Shown here: positions 41,334 through 53,966 of the stretch, piece after piece | Numbering within the stretch: position 1 is the stretch's first letter | How the letters are laid out: each line of letters begins with the position of its first letter | NCBI GenBank assembly: GCA_030141605.1 | Contig: JAQGDQ010000067.1 | Location: 62,001-126,000 of the forward strand | Length of the DNA: 64,000 bases | Reading direction: 5' to 3' | Source of the DNA: Tubiluchus corallicola | Taxonomy: Eukaryota; Animalia; Priapulida | Translations under genes and position numbers: made by a program | Notes under the pieces: model-generated | The model's input: only the letters and a program-made list of their open reading frames with translations | Told to the model about the DNA's origin: nothing | Databases searched by the model: none

Positions 41334-43209
41334 TAGGGCCACCCTAAGAACCTCAGGCTTTCTCTTTTCATGTTATTGAACTGAGCTGACTTTTACTTTA
41401 ACATTGTTTTATTCATATTTCCATGAAAAGGTATTAAACAAACATGCACGCAAATCAGATCTATACAAATTCGCATTGTTTACTTCCGTGATTTTGTACA
41501 CTAATGTCAACATTTTTTTGAAAAATAAGTCAATTTCTTAAGAAACTTTAACAGGTCTGTTAAATACAACAATCGTAAAGTATTAATCCACTTCTCTTGT
41601 AATGCTTGTTTAGAAAAAAATAAGTTTATCTTGCTCACAGCAAGTTTGTTTTAGCGAGAAAAGCCTAAAGGCTAATGCAGACAAGCACAAGTAGCTTCAT
41701 ACAAATATTACATCTCTTATCATAAACGGTAATCAAACAGGAGCAATTGACGTCGTGTTACTATTATTACTAGTAACCGCGTCATTTAATCAGACACCAT
41801 TATATGGTTCACTCCTGCAAAAATTTAATCCAGTAATAAATGTAGTAATTTTCACAATGGGCCTTTGTCGCGAAGGGACGACAGGCAATACTATGTAATT
41901 TCTCAGTTCGTTACGGCTGTTCCTCAAACCAATTTTGCGTCATATTGCTGTAACGCAAGTACAATGCAGCTAAACTTGACAATTTCGCGCTGGAAATATG
42001 ATACGCTACTTATAAACAGAAGTGAAATTAAAACGTATCCTTCATTCTCTTTTACCAGATTTGTCAATTGATTAATCACCGATAGGTCTCTCCATATAAA
42101 GCACGAGAGAAATTGACTTGCAGCTGTGTATCTGTGCTGAGAATCGGCGAAAACTTTTCCAACTGCAGCTTAAAACGTTTAAATGCCGGTGGGCATTCTT
42201 TGACAAACGAGTCAGTTTTTGACAAAACATGGTATCCATGTGACGGTTTCAGCAACGTACAACGACCATGCAAACTGAGTTGCAGCCTATCACCTTAATC
42301 GCTCTGTGACTCGACTAACATGTTCATTGAAAGAGAAGCTAACCTGGTTAGATTTTACAAACTGTATATTTTCTAAATTCCCCATTCAGTATAAGCTGAC
42401 ATCATACGTTGATCATTTCCATTTTTGTGCAAAAATGCTGAATGGAATTTGGCAAATGTACAGTGCAGAAGAAATTATAGGCAAGCGAGGTAGTTGAGTG
42501 GGCGTGAGACCCATCGTATTATATTATGTTACGTTAAATTTGTCACCGTTGTAATAAATATTCACTGATGTTATAAACGATGACTGTCGCGATGATTTTA
42601 CATGTAAATGTCTAGGAAACTGTAACAGCCATAAGCTAGCATCAGCTTTGACATTTAATATTTTTATAACTTCTGCTAAAGGCAGATATTTCGGTAACAG
42701 ATGACCGTATAAAATACAAGATGTTGATATATTCGACTTGTGACATTTTATGTAAAATGCTACAGCCTTAGCTCTTCTCCAGCACATCTATGGAGATTTG
42801 TGAGTTTTGTATGAAACTCACTTTCGTCTTTTAGAACATTATATACCTACTTAGGTAAACAGTCTTGTGTTTCAGTCTTGCTTTCAGTTCAGTTCAAGCT
42901 CACAGAGGCTTATTTAACACTTTTCAAAATGCGGTAGGCTATGAAAAATCGTTCTGTTTTTCTTTAAGCTCTCGCCTCTCGCGGACTGCGTCTGCCCTTG
43001 GTTTAGTTGCGTGAGTGAGATTACCCTTCATACAGCTTATTTAATATTGCCCTGCATCATCTTCCTCCTGAACAATGAAGCTGCATGATTATTGAGCTGA
43101 ACTGAAAGGATGAAAGGAGCTGATGCTCCCTAATTAATCTGCTTTCAGCTCAATTCAAATAACATGGAAAGCATATTAGAGGCGCAAGTCTCAGCTTGAG
43201 GGTGACCTA
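41334..43209. mobile_element. Probable decayed DNA transposon with imperfect TIRs
   Basis: tagggccaccctaag...tttcatgttattgaactgagctga (41334-41389) versus tcagctcaattcaaataacatggaaa...cttgagggtgaccta (43145-43209). Confidence 0.5.
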
Positions 43210-43919
43210 CAGTCAACACTTATAACTTTATTTTAACTGTATCACAGTTCTAAAATTGACTTTTTACACAAGCTGTATAGAGAAATTATCAGTATCAGTT
43301 CCGTTGTTACCTGTATTACAAAATTGAAATCCAATCCTACGGGTATAAATTTCAAACTGGGTCTAATTAATTTTATAAACAGAATCCCTTTTATTGCAGT
43401 AGCACTACTTAACTCTTATATGACCACCTGCAAAGGAGAACTAATGTGCTATTTCAAAAATAAAAACATTAACTAAAATAATAAGCTCTGTAAATTTCGT
43501 TTTGCATTCCCAGGATTTGTGATTTTACTGCTCTCCGTGCAAAAGAATTTAGTTTGTATAGACGGCTAAATAAGAAGTAGATAGTGATAGACTTTGATAT
43601 CTTGGGTTTTGTAGGGTGTTCTTATTCAACAAAGTGATACCGCAAGGGTGTTAGCTCACAAAAGTAAAGCGTGCAGTTATACGCAAAGCTTACCAAAAGA
43701 CCATCAGTTAAGGTTCACTCTGTAGCAAAAGGCTGATTGTGTGATAATGCAACATTACGTAACAAAAAATGCTGTATTGTGTAACAAATCTTTCATCATT
43801 ATGTAACCAACATTATTAATAATTTTTGCGTCATTATGAAACAAGAAATGATGCATTATGCAACAGATTAACGTTATTATATAATCGTCTTGATGTTTTC
43901 TTAACTAAACTTAGTATAT

Positions 43920-44513
43920 AACAGATTTCCAGTTTGGCTTTCAGAAAACATACGCCCTTGCTACATCTGAATTAGCTGACAGAATACAAAATACTTGAAT
44001 ATGTAGGTAATAAATTGTATCGATGCGGCATTCTTCTTGATCTACAAAAAGCATTTGATACTGTCCAACACGATATGTTAATTGATAAACTTAACCACTC
44101 TGGAGTAAAAGGCAGTGCTCTTGAATTCTTCGCTTCTTATCTTTCGAATCGCAAACAATTTACCGTGATTGGCGAACTGTAATCAAATCTGGTTCAAGTC
44201 ACATGTGAGATTCCTCAAGTCTCTACCATGGGACTATTATTATTCTTATTATATATCAATGACCTCCCCAACTGTACTAACCTTGGTACGCGAATGTTTG
44301 CAGACGATATTAACTTATTTATGGCTGAATCTGATATTCAAAATCTACAAAATTCTGTCAATCAACAATTAAACAAAATTGATACTAAGTTTATTCTCTT
44401 TTCTAATTGAAAAGCAAATGCAGATGTGGACAACTTTCACATTAATATTAATAATATAAGTATTAGCTGATCCTACGTTATAAAATACCTGGGTATTTTT
44501 ATCGATAGTCATC
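43920..44513 (+). mobile_element. L2/CR1-type LINE RT fragment
   Basis: FQFGFQK, CGILLDLQKAFDTVQHDMLIDKL, SYLSNRKQF, LLFLLYINDLPNC, MFADD, IKYLGIFID. Confidence 0.88.
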
Positions 44514-44599
44514 TTAATATGTAGACATTATTACTATTATAATAATGTAAAATTTCATATAATATATATTATACATTATAACAACAGGAATGCGTGGAG

Positions 44600-45570
44600 A
44601 AGACTCATTCACAACGGCGACCCCGCATAGGGAAAAGCTGGGAAGAAGATATATATATGTGATGAAGGCAAAGGGAAAAGGGATAGCGTGAATACTCATT
44701 TTCTATTGTGAGTATGCACCGGTTATTGGACCAAGTCGGCAATGGCCTAATGAAGTCTAAAGATAGCCTCTCCCACGATCTAGATACCGAATTAAGTTTA
44801 CCCATTGGAGGTTTGAAATGTCGGGGTTCACATTCTGTGCACGCAGGACAATCTTACGCGGTTTGTCGTACTTCAACTAACGAAAAAGTAATATTTCTTT
44901 GCGTACAGTAATGGTAACAGCGCGTGAGGGTGGCAAAAAATTTCATGAATTTTGCTCAGCCACTGCAGCACAGGGGGACAAGGTGCCGGGGACGTTATCA
45001 GTTCCTGGACCATAAGTTATATTAAACCGGAAGTCAGCCAGTTCCATACGCCATCTCATGTATTTTTTCACTCTTCGTCTTGATGGGATTAAAGAGGAAT
45101 GAGACTGATTGCTGATCTGACATTAAATTGGTGTAAGGAGCTAAATGAAGTAGGTGCCGCCATCGTCGGCAGCTCTCTACTATTGCACATGCCTCTGTTT
45201 CAATAACAGCATGGTGACGTGCAGGAGATGATAGAACACTTGAAAAAAAGCTACTGAGCGCTGGTTTTGTGTCAGAGTGGCTCCTAATGCTCTATCAGAA
45301 GCATCGGTTTTTGGAGTTAGTGATACATTTGGAGCAAGCACAGCTAAACAAGCATTTACAAGCGCATTCTTCAATGTTGTTATAGCTGCCTCTGCTTTTG
45401 CTGACAGTTTCTGGCCTTTTGCCATAGACTTTCGCGTTTCACAGTGGATAGGTCAGTTCCGAACAACGGACAATCCACTTCGCATAATATGCAAATAGCC
45501 CAAGGAGTCTGTCCATTTTCTTACTGGTTGGTAATGGAAATTCGAGCAAGGACTTGAACCGATCGGGGGC
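44600..45570 (-). mobile_element. Ty3/Gypsy pol remnant (RT connection, RNase H, integrase start)
   Basis: TDASDRALGATLTQNQRSVAFF (RNase H), C.ACTEC zinc-finger remnant, SWERLSLDFIRPLP...ILTIENEYSRYPF (integrase); RNase H precedes integrase. Confidence 0.85.
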
Positions 45571-47175
45571 AGTACTAAAGATTAAGATTAATATTGTTCA
45601 CTCAAAATTAAATACTTTATAATTATTTTACCAGATTAAATGTATTATTTTTGGTTTCTTTACTTAGCAGGGCATGCATTTCCTGACACCCCGTAGACAC
45701 CCCTGACACAAGCTCAAAGTTTGTGCGTTTACTACACAAATACTTTTTCTAATGCTTCAAATATTAAAATCTTAAATATTGAAATTTTAAAATATTAGTG
45801 TCTGTCCTGAAAATAAACGGCCTTTGACCTGAAAATGTACAATTCATTTGCTCCATGATGGCACTTACCCTCCCCCAGACTACCAGCCTCGTACGCCTAT
45901 GACCATAACAGTTTATGATGCAATTAGAAAACTAATTAAGGGGCATTAGTTACGTTACATTACTTGGTCACATTATATGGTAGCAATAATTCAATGACAG
46001 GTCACGTTGCAGGAAACACATTTTCTACAAACAGCTTTTTATAATCAGATTAAATATTTTTAATCACATTTTAATATGTTTTAATCATTTACAGAGACAT
46101 TTCGTCCACTCCATAAGCAAGCCCATTAACAAAACTAAAGTTGAAAATTGCATCTTTTCATCTGGTTGGGCACTGAGTAACGGCTAATAAAAGTTATAAG
46201 ACAAAGAACACAAGTACAATTCAATTTTAAGAATGATAGATACATAACAATACTAACTACAAACTAGACTATACAGCCATCTGTATACCAGCTCAAATGA
46301 TTCCTTCTGTCAAACACATAGTTCAGTCATTATTACAGTGAAACAGACAGGTGTAAGTGAAGTAGTGTACTGTGAAGCCAGTCAGAAAGAGAAAACGTTT
46401 AGGAAGGATTCACAGATCAAGATTTAGGGGAACAGAATGGTAGTCTTGATTTAGGCCTGGTTTAATCAGCAGTATATTATTACTTTTATTAACCAGGCGG
46501 TCAATTTCAGAGCCAGACCTTCTTTTTTTAAATAACATAAAAGTCCTGGGTGAATTCTGGGTGCAGTGGTCCAAAATATTTGAATGCTGTGAGGAGGAGA
46601 GTTACTGCTAATGAAATTGCTATTTTCAATCATAAATCTGTGGTGTTAGATCAGTTATTGAGGTGGCGCTATGCCACATCTAAGTCCATTGCTAATAGCA
46701 AGCTATCGTACCAATAAACAACAGCGAGCAAAGTTTCGTAGCAACACATTTTCAGAAAAGGGCACAATAAAAAATGGGATGTCGCAGGCACAGGATGTAA
46801 CATCATACGATATGCAGATGATACTTCTACTAAAAATACAGACCTGAATATAGACATAAATGAATTAAAGCAAAACTGTTAAACGCAAAAGAATGACTAA
46901 ATCCTGAAACAACTGTACTTCTAATATTAAGCCCAAATGATACAAAGTAATACTAACAACACAATACTAAAAGTCTTGAATAAAACAATTTCTTAAAATA
47001 AAGAGATCAAATTCCTTTCTTGCATGGAAATTAATGCAAATTAAAATGGGACAATCAAGCATTATGTTTCCATCAGATTTATCATACTAATTGACCACCG
47101 AGATTGTACAGTATCTCTTTAGAAAACTATGAGACTAATCGTAAAACATAAATCTCAAAATATTCTTTGTTTTTT

Positions 47176-47207
47176 CTTCAGAAACTTCGTCCTATCATCA
47201 GCTGCAC
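47176..47207 (-). ncRNA. Hammerhead motif remnant (stem II deleted)
   Basis: Minus strand gcagCTGATGAtaggacGAAgtttctgaag; partner of 49912-49950. Confidence 0.55.
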
Positions 47208-49911
47208 AGAAAGATACAATAATAAAAATTACAGATTAAACTATATATAAAATAAATGTGTACAATGTCAGTAAAACGAAGAGTGAAAAAGGCATGAGAG
47301 ACTGAAAAACTAAATTTAAAAAAAGCAAAATTACAATTAATAAACAAAATGAAAATTTAACTGACAAACATACCTGACATCAATTAGACATAGCTGAGAT
47401 CTTTAAAGATAAATAAATTATTGCTTATTGACTTTATAAACATCTAGAGTGAGTAACTACTTGTGGTGTACAGTCAGAAACAGCTGACTAGAGATAACAG
47501 TTTGTGGTGTGTTAAAAGCCAGAATTATACTACCAAGACTCTTAATGAAAACAAGAGTCTGTGTTACGTTAGTTGAACAAATTTTGAATAAAATTGATAT
47601 GAGATATAATTACAAAGCTTACTAGTACGTCATAAAATGCAATATAATATGTAATAAGGGCAGAAAAGGCAAAAAATGTGATTAAAAAACTAAAACATTT
47701 CAAGAAAAGAAAAAAGAAAATTATAGCGATTAAAACTAACAAAATTCGGAGAATTTTATTGAAGATTTGCCTGCCCTTATCAATATTGATCGCAGACTTG
47801 TATTTTTTAATCAGTAATAATTCAGCCAATAATCTTTTTACATGATCTTTAGCTCTAAATAAAATAGACACATTAAAAACGGGGATGGCAAGGAGTCATG
47901 GTTTTTATAATCATCTCCACAGGGAGAAGCAGCAGTGTGATTTTTACAGTTTCACATATGCTTCATGAGGCGATCATTAACTGATCGTTTGATTTGCCCG
48001 ATGTACAATTCCTGTACAGACAGAACAGTGCAGTTTGCAAACAACGTTTTTTGTAGTGCAACACCCATCCAGTCCTGAAAGGCAGACTATGCGAGGGGCA
48101 CGTTTGCCTGCAGGACATGGAATACATTGTAAAGCAGACCTTACAAGTTTGTTTTTTAAGGTATTGTTGTGTCAAGAAATTACTCTTATTTTCAATTTGG
48201 TGATTTTTTACAATAATGCGAAATTTAGCTGATGTGGAGTTATTCCCAAATTGTAGAACCAAAGTACCTTCAGGGCTTAAGCTGTGATGGCTTTCTATCT
48301 ATTTTTCTGCATTGGTCTTGTCTTTTTATAGACTTAATAAATTTGGAAGGGTACTGATTTTTTGCAGCAGAGATTTAATTTTACTGGTCCCCCTGGCCCA
48401 TATCTGTCTTAGCAAGGCTCTTGGTCCTGTTCAGCTGGCTTTGTACTAAAGCCCTTTTTATCTGGAAGGGATGAGCCGAACAGAAATTCAAAAATACACT
48501 GCTATGTGTATCTTTAACAGAAAGTTCATGTTCAGTTTTGCCTGTATGGATTAACTGACAGAGTCAAGTCCAAAAATCTAGAAATCAGATTCAACACAGG
48601 TTTCAGTTGTGAATTTTATTGATTGATGAAATGAATTGATTTGAGTGAGAAAACACTAAAAAGAATCAACATTATTACACCATATGCCAAAAATGTCATC
48701 AATATAGTTATTCCAGAAAATGGATCTATGCTGACACGAATGAAGAATAAGAGTTTCTAGATTGTGCATGAAAATTACAGAAAAGGGAGGAGCTAAATGA
48801 TTACCCATAGGAACCAAATCATTTTGGTGAAAATAAAAAGTATCATACTGAAAATAACTATTGGACATAATGCCATGGAGCATATTACATATGTCATCTA
48901 AGTGTAACCTAAATATATTAACACTGGTATGTACTTAAAAAGAAGACTCATACAAGCATCAGCACACTCACTAATGGATATGCTTGTGTATAAACTAGAC
49001 ACATCTGAACTAAACAATGTACTGGTTGTTGGAATACCACTTCGAAATTGTTTGTGAATATTGTGAAGAAAATGCCTGGTATCAGACAGGTGGGATGGTA
49101 CATGTATCAGTAACTGTTGCAGAATATGCTCCAATAACCCAAAGGTTTTTCACAAGGTGTTCCATTAACGGAAACTACTAGCACAGAGGTACATTCTTTA
49201 GGAAAACCATAAAGTTCAGGGCACTGTGAGTGAATTGAGATTACAGCATTAAGTAAAAATTTATCTATACTTGGATTACAGCTTCTTACCACATATGCAA
49301 TTTCTTTCTGGACACAGTGTGTTGGATCTCCATCCAATTTTTGTTAGCTGGTGCCATCATTGAGAAAACATGACACTTTTTCTATGTGTGCAGGCTTTTC
49401 CTGCGCCACAAAGCCTTTGCATTTATCAGATGGTTTTATCACCAGACCTTGATCTTTCTGCAGTTTGGTCAGGGATTTTGTTCCCAGAGAGATATTACTT
49501 TGCTTTTTGCCCATTAATCCTCGGTGAACATATACAATGTTCTGTTTAAGAGCTTTAAAATTTGCTTCCATAGAGTCTTGAGAAGAGTCTTGACAGTCTT
49601 TGTGCACTACAAACTGTTATTTCTAGTCACTTGTTTCAGACTGTACACCACAAGTAGTTACTGTAAATGCTTATAAAGTCAATAGGCAAATATATGGTTA
49701 TCTTTCAAGATCTTAGCTATATCAGATTGATGTCAGGTATGTTTGTCAATTTAATTTTCATTTCCTTTTCTTAGTTGGTAATTTTACGTTTTCTTTTAAT
49801 TTAGTTTTCAATTCAGCCTGTCATGGTTTTTGTACTCTTTATTTTACTGACATTGTACACCTTTATTTTATATGCAGTTTCATATGTAATTTTTATTATT
49901 GTATCTTTCTG

Positions 49912-49950
49912 TTCAACTGATGAAGTCCGCGAGGACGCAAGCTTCTGAAG
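49912..49950 (+). ncRNA. Minimal type I hammerhead ribozyme motif, degenerate
   Basis: ttcaaCTGATGAa-GTCC-gcga-GGAC-GcAA-gcttc-tgaa: GNRA-capped stem II, AAGCTT palindrome at stem III, GAAA changed to GCAA. Confidence 0.7.
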
Positions 49951-52211
49951 AAAAATAAAGAATTTTTTGAGATTTATGGGAATTTTAACTTCTTTTACGA
50001 TTATGAACATGGCAAATCTCAGAAAGCACTATCTTATTTTCAAGATTATGAGACTATAACATACAATGAAATGATTTAGATAGGTCTAATAAGAGTAAAT
50101 GATTAAACATAGTGCCACCATTAACTTTTTTCTTTTTTCTCAGAGACAGCTTCTACTGTTCAATGATGTTCAATAAAAAAGGTGGCGTACACACTTCCAA
50201 AGTCTAACTTATATCTTTACGCTTATTATATCAACACACACGCACGCACGCACACACATACATACACACACCTGTTTATTTATTGTTTTTAGCAAATGGC
50301 ATGAGAACAATAATATAGCAGTTAGATATTAATCTGGGTAAATAATAACTTACCGGGTCGATATTAATGACAAACAACTGAATAAGAGAACTTTCAAAAT
50401 AAAACATATTCAAACTACTGACAAACGTGGTCATAATTCAATGTCTAAAGCAGCAATTAATATTTGGAACTCAGAGCCCTTAGAAATAAAATCATCAATG
50501 AGTTTGCTGATCTCAAGAAGAAACAGAAAAAGACACACACATCTCAAAAATTTTGAAAGGCAGTCACACAAATAAGAGTAATGTAATAACATAAAAACTA
50601 AATGACAAAATTACTACAAACAATGACCATATTTATAGATTGCCAGCTATAAACTATAAATCGCTTAACACCATAAGTAAAATAAAGTATAAAAAGGCCC
50701 ACTTGATAGAACTATGTGATGTAAATATCTTTTGTACATACCCACTTATTAAAATTGTTGTTAATTATGGATTCTGCTACGTCAATATACTATGAGAGCA
50801 CCTTGCTTCAAAAATTGTTTGTAATGTGTGTAAATATTTTTTTGTTTCTTGAAAAATAAATGTTTTTCAGTAATTTTGCAGCTCAGGTAATTTTTAATTA
50901 CCTATTACCTATAATAGTGTTTGAATGGTTTTACATCGTATTATTTCACATATATTTTACACATATGCGTCTAATTAAAATTTCCGTTAGATCGTTACTT
51001 GCTGATCTTTAAATTTGAAGCCTTACTGGAGACTATAGGTCCCGCAAATTTCAGTCGGGTATAAATAAACACCCAGCTAGCAATAACCACTTGAATGTTT
51101 ATTCGCAGCATTACTGGAATTTTAACACTCACGGTAATACGTTTTTCATTTAAGTAACTAGCAAGCATTGAGCTTGATTGTTAAAAGTGGTGAGCTTACA
51201 CAGACAAACATAACAGTGACTTAAGCCATTACAGGAGGACGGTGTCACTTCTTTTATAAGTAATAATCTTTGCGTAACAATGATCGTAGGATTAATATTT
51301 CCCGGTAAATTAATGTGACATGGTGCACTAATTATGTGAATCAGGCAATGTAAAAAAATGTAAAATAGCCAGCTTATGATAACATTAAAATATCGTGAAT
51401 TCGTATTTGCGCTTTAACACTTGTCTGAAACTCCGTACTGGAACCAGCATATAGTTCCGTAATAAATTTTAAGGTACTCTATTTCTGACATCGGATTTGC
51501 ATTCAGGACTACTCTTGCAAATATATTAGGATAAAATTGCTTAAGCGACCATTTTTAAAAATGGCTTCCAACACGCTGGGTTCTTTTTCTATATGCACCT
51601 CCGAAGCAAGCAAGAAGCTGAATTTGGTGTCCAATCAAGGTTTCTAGGATTGTAAATCCAATGACAGTATTAGTTTTATGCTACGTACTTTAGTTTAAGA
51701 CTTCTTGAGGTAGTAGCGAATAAAAATTGCAAAATGCAAGATATACAGCAAAAATTATTGCACCCGGGGCTATTCAATTGTTCTTTTAAACTTCTGAATG
51801 ATCTAACTTACTAAGTGCGATTCTGTAATTATGAATTGTATTTACACTGAAAAACTGAGTATTTTAGGTCAGTGTTAGAACGTTACACCTGGTCGTATTA
51901 CACCACACATGGGTTGATAGGTTGGTCAACAACATTGCCATTGAAAGCTTGTGTTAGGTTGTTTATGTACTTGTAGGCGAAGAGTAAATTCTGGTATTTA
52001 AAATTTGATTTAACTGCTGATATCTTCAATTTCTCACAGTAGTAGAGTATTTGGTTTTTCTGCCTGTTTTAGGGTATTCTGCTTGTTTTAGGATATAGTT
52101 TTGAATTATTTCGAATCTGTTAAGCTTGTCAGTAAGTGACAACAATACGTTAAATGGCTTATGATCATGGTTTTGTATATTAATAGTTTAGACTAGTGCT
52201 AGTGATTAGTT

Positions 52212-52330
52212 GCTACGGCCATATCACGTTGAAAACACCGGTTCTCGTCTGATCACAGAAATTAAGCAACGTACAGCCTGGCTAGTACTTGGATGGGTGA
52301 CCGCCTAGGAATACCAGGTGTTGTAGGCTT
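52212..52330 (+). rRNA. 5S rRNA-derived sequence (SINE head, probably not a functional 5S gene)
   Basis: GCTACGGCCATATCACGTTGAAAACACCGGTTCTCGTCTGATC...AGTACTTGGATGGGTGACCGCCTAGGAATACCAGGTGTTGTAGGCTT; several substitutions, no T4 terminator, single copy. Confidence 0.85.
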
Positions 52331-52743
52331 GCGGGATGCCCACACTGTATCTCGACACTAGGCGGAGGAGCTGCACAAGCAGCCAACGGCTAGAGGGCGA
52401 AGGAGGTCGAGTGACCCTATGTGTAGAGGAGTAAACCTTCCAAATCAGGAGTGGAACTCCGAAGGCGGACCAGTGCAGCATGCTCAGTCAACCTGGTGCC
52501 AAACGTATCGCTCCGTTTTCCTTTGGACTACACCACGGAGGAAGAGAGGGGATTCCTGTTGTCTGGGCAACTCACGATCTCCATACACCTTGCCCAGGCG
52601 TGTGCCCTGGAGAGGCCCATCCAGTGGTTCAAGGATCGGATTGCTCAGCCACAGTCGACGCTGGAGCTCCATCAATGTTATCAATAACTGACTCTCTTGG
52701 CGCACACTCCATTGTCTTCCGAGACAGAAGGATGCCAACAACA
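52212..52743 (+). mobile_element. 5S rRNA-derived SINE (SINE3) with RTE-like body/tail and TSD
   Basis: Full 5S head, GC-rich ~410-nt body, 3' end ...GAGACAGAAGGATGCCAACAACA; TSD agtgattagtt (52201-52211) / agtgattactt (52744-52754). Confidence 0.85.
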
Positions 52744-53966
52744 AGTGATTACTTGCTGTTTGACTTGTTTCAAGAAGGACATGCATTGGCCCACCTTTTT
52801 GTATTATATTTTGAATATAGTTTTCGCAAGTAGTCTTACAGTAAGATGGCAAGTCTGTCTGTTATTATCTACTTCCATGCCATGGGAAGGAATCTTATAG
52901 TGGTACATTGATTAATCGTTTTTCTGAATATATTATGTGTTAGTTTCTTTACACCGTGCTGTAAAGAGGGAATATCTTTTGTAGTTAATAACAGCAAAGT
53001 GGGTTTTCCCTGAAATTGGCGGTAGACTGATACCTGCTTCATTTCTTCTAAATAATTCGTTTTTTGAATAAAAATGAGGGCTTGCGATTTTTTTCCTCAA
53101 CGATGATACTTTATAATGTTGAAAATGTTATAATTCTACTAGTTTTGAGAGAAAATCATTTGACTCAAAACATGCTGGTATTATTACATTGAACAGAATA
53201 TTTAGACTTAACACAAATAACTGCTATTAAAGGTTTTCGCTGAAAGAGCACCCAGCGTGCATATTACATACTGAACACTGCAACATTTTAACTGTCTCAA
53301 TGGCATATAATACATATTTTCATACTCGATCAATTTCTTAAAGTCTACCTGAACGAGTGAACGGGTCACAAAACTCGCGCAGCTCTTAAATCGATTTTTC
53401 GCTTCGGCCATTACGAATTTCCCACCGCCCAAGCTATGTATACAAACTTACGATTTAAAAAGTTAAAATTGTTAAAATAATGTAATGACAATTCCATCGC
53501 CCGATTGTTATAGCTGATATTGCTTTCTACTGTCAAATTTATGGCTTTAACCATTTTATCAATTACTCCCCACCCTTACGGCATGCACTGCCACTTTTTA
53601 CGTAAGTCACCAATTTTTCACATATTTTACATCAACTTTTACGACAAACACTCCGTCGCAAACAAAATGTCTAGTTTTGTCACGCTGTGCGACTACTGTA
53701 AACACTTGCGGTTGAACATGCAGACAACAGGTAAGCAGGGCATGCAGACTTGAGGAATCTGCATCCAATAAAATATGCAAAATATGTGAGATATTTAGCA
53801 GGTGCAGTTAGTCTACTAAATGGGCAAAACATGTAGACCTACGAAAATCTGCAGCGAATAAAATATAAAGAAACATGTATAAACGATGAAACGGGACTAA
53901 TGTTTTTTATCGATAAACAGAAATAAGAGGTATTTACTAAGTACTTGGAAATATAACAAAGTTTAC

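Larger units (their letters stand above)
47138..50046 (-). mobile_element. Penelope-like retroelement 2 with inverted terminal repeats and 10-bp TSD
   Basis: VIKPSDKCKGF, PELYGFPK, TLFSSDVSSLYTSI, YFHQNDLVPMGNHLAP, WNNYIDDIFG; GIY-YIG tail C..CLF..YIGQ / RLLAELLLIKK...IN. ~365-bp inverted repeats at ~47138-47510 and ~49606-50002. TSD tatgagacta at 47128-47137 and 50047-50056. Confidence 0.9.
46450..50530 (+). mobile_element. Decayed LINE RT split by Penelope element 2
   Basis: RYADDTS at ~46810; C-terminal INIWNSEPLEIKSS at ~50455-50500; interrupted at the TSD. Confidence 0.6.
13862..53966 (-). other. ~40.1 kb phase-1 intron of neurexin (EGF1-LNS2 linker, splice-site-1 position), TE-filled
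   Basis: GT at 53966-53965 and AG at 13863-13862; the flanking exons join in frame (...FCEK-A-KKP...). Unseen microexons are possible. Confidence 0.8.

Noticed and set aside
52212-52330. Functional 5S rRNA gene
   Set aside because: Single copy, several substitutions, no T-run terminator, and fused to a body and tail inside a TSD.
52331-52430. HDV-like ribozyme after the 5S head (RTE 5' ends often carry one)
   Set aside because: I could not build the P1/P2/P3/P1.1 nested pseudoknot by eye; a descriptor search would be needed.
52419-52900. Cluster of overlapping ORFs
   Set aside because: A by-product of the GC-rich SINE body; no protein motifs.
53839-53966. C-terminal extension of the 287-aa ORF
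   Set aside because: Intron read-through past the donor at 53966; a short secreted isoform cannot be excluded but has no support.
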